Source: Heterodontus francisci (lineage: Eukaryota). Taken from it: a DNA stretch of 64,000 nt. A program made the position numbers and the translations under genes. Shown here one piece after another: positions 62,241 to 64,000 of the stretch; the stretch's first letter is position 1, and each line of letters opens with the position of its first letter. The notes below the pieces were generated by a model. That model did not search any database. It saw only the letters and a program-made list of their open reading frames with translations, and was not told the origin of the DNA. The stretch is taken from NCBI RefSeq assembly GCF_036365525.1, contig NC_090380.1, positions 109,577,942-109,641,941 on the forward strand, read 5' to 3'.

Positions 62241-63737
62241 ATATTTGCTTACATAGAAGGAGGCATTTAGCCCATGCCCAAGAAATCTCTCCTGTCTCTC
62301 AGCACGACATTGAACTATCAACCTAAATTATGTACCTAAATCCTGAAGTGAATCCAGAACCTTCTGACTTGCTGGGCGAGGGTGCTATCAACTGACATTG
62401 ACATAACAACAGTGATTGCATTACAAGAGTAAGATAATTGATCCACAGCCTGCTCTGGCTTAGCTGATATTTTGCTCGACAAGGATATAAAAGGATATGA
62501 AGCAAAAGTAGATGGATGGAGTTAAGATACACATCAGTCATAATCTCATTGAATGGTGGAACTGGTTTGAGAGGCTGAATGGTCTCCTCCTGTTCATGTC
62601 TCAGATGGGGCATTCAGAGGGTGCTGCAGTTGGCTTTAGTGCCTCTGGGCCAGGAAGGGAAAATGGGTGGGTGCTGGAACATCAGGTGAGGACAAGATCT
62701 GGGTAGGTTGTGCCACTTTGGGTGGTTGAGTAGCTTACCAAGGCTCTCAGGTAAGGAACAGCAATTTAGGGAAGTTCAGGAGAATGAAAATAAGAGCAGT
62801 CACTACCTTCAGCAGAAGAGGAAGACCAGAAAATTGATGAAAGATAAAAGAAATAAGGATAGGCATTGTATACATTCCCAAGTGTCCGTTTTGTAATGCT
62901 GATAAATTTTTAAATCTCTGCAGTGTGCCTTTGAACATCAATACTGCACCTAATAAGGACATCTCAAATAACATCTGACTGACATGTTGGATAGTATAAG
63001 TACGGAGATGTTCAAAAAATCCAGGAATCACTGATGTGTTGTGTCCATCATAGAATTTTTGTAGATCACAGAGCATTTAGAACTACTTTTTTTTGTTGCA
63101 GAATACATCAAGACAAATACCCAGGGATAATTTTAATCAACTTTAGTTTGTGAAGTACAGCATGTCCAGATCAGAGGAACATCACTTGGCTCTCTCACAG
63201 CTCTGCTGCTTTCTGTTCACTACTAAAGCATTTCCCTTGATGCCAACTAGACAACAATACAAATTTACCAACACAAAAGGGCTCTAACCCCAGGAACAAA
63301 ATAGAATGTTGGACAGTTTATTGATCAAGTTTTAAGAACATATGACAAGGCAAGGGCGAGTAAAGGCAATTTAGCCCAGGAAGCTCGTCCCTCTTGCATG
63401 CAACAACAATATTCAGGATATACTTCTAAAGGCTGCATACTGTGCCCAGCAAATTATTTGAGATTTTTATCATAATTGTACGAAGACCTTGCTTCTGGTA
63501 TCTGATGTAAGTTTTTTTCTTCATTTACTCACATTTATGACCTTGGGCCTATTACCCTTCTTTATCTTAAAGTAATAATCAATATTTACTTTATCTAAGC
63601 TGCTTGATATCGTATATACTTCAATGACATGCTCCATGAACTATATTCTTTGTGCGCATCAGAGATTGAACTTTGTTAGTCTGTCCTCATAGCTCATTCC
63701 TGAGCACCAGCCATTACATGGAAATGATCTTCTTACT

Positions 63738-64000
63738 GAAATAAAAACAGAAAATGCTGGAAATACTCAGCAGGTATGGCAGCATCTGTGGAGAGAGAAG
63801 CAGAGTTGACGTTCCAGGTCAGCTACCCTTCATCAGAACTGTGAAAAGTTAGAAATGTAATAGATTTTGAGTGAGTGAAAGGGGAGAGTGTTGGAAGAAG
63901 AACAAAAGGGGATGTCTGTGAAAAGGTGGAGGGCATGAGAGATTAAATGACAAGGTTCTGATGAAGGGTCACTGACCTGAAACGTTTACTCTGCTTCTCT
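63738..64000. mobile_element. Penelope-like element end with inverted pLTR pair
   Basis: Minus copy 63738-63840 and plus copy from 63955 to the window end. Confidence 0.75.
63953..63992 (+). ncRNA. Minimal type I hammerhead ribozyme motif
   Basis: CTGATGA-A-GGGTC(ACT)GACCT-GAAAC-GTT: complete core, stem II hairpin, palindromic ACGT stem III. Confidence 0.6.

Overview
Eukaryotic, transposon-saturated DNA (roughly two-thirds visibly repeat-derived, by eye). The repeat set (CR1 LINEs with microsatellite tails, HE1/V-SINEs, Deu-domain SINEs, Penelope-type short repeats, RTE, L2, Tx1 and Gypsy relics) suggests a cartilaginous fish such as a shark; this is an inference. No complete host gene is recognisable. 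The only cellular homology is a disabled BCL2 BH3-BH1 fragment at ~18983-19180 (-), lying in a CpG-rich patch just upstream of a candidate first coding exon (Kozak ATG plus splice donor). Other highlights: (i) a CR1-group LINE family with a tRNA-like Pol III head, no room for ORF1, and head+tail non-autonomous derivatives; (ii) minimal hammerhead-ribozyme motifs in Penelope-type repeats; (iii) a Gmr1-type Gypsy element (PR-IN order, SCAN-like capsid, repeated PBS-like motifs); (iv) a local inversion bounded by a perfect 33-bp inverted repeat; (v) several nested insertions with readable TSDs. Repeat boundaries are approximate unless TSDs are quoted. No database search was run.
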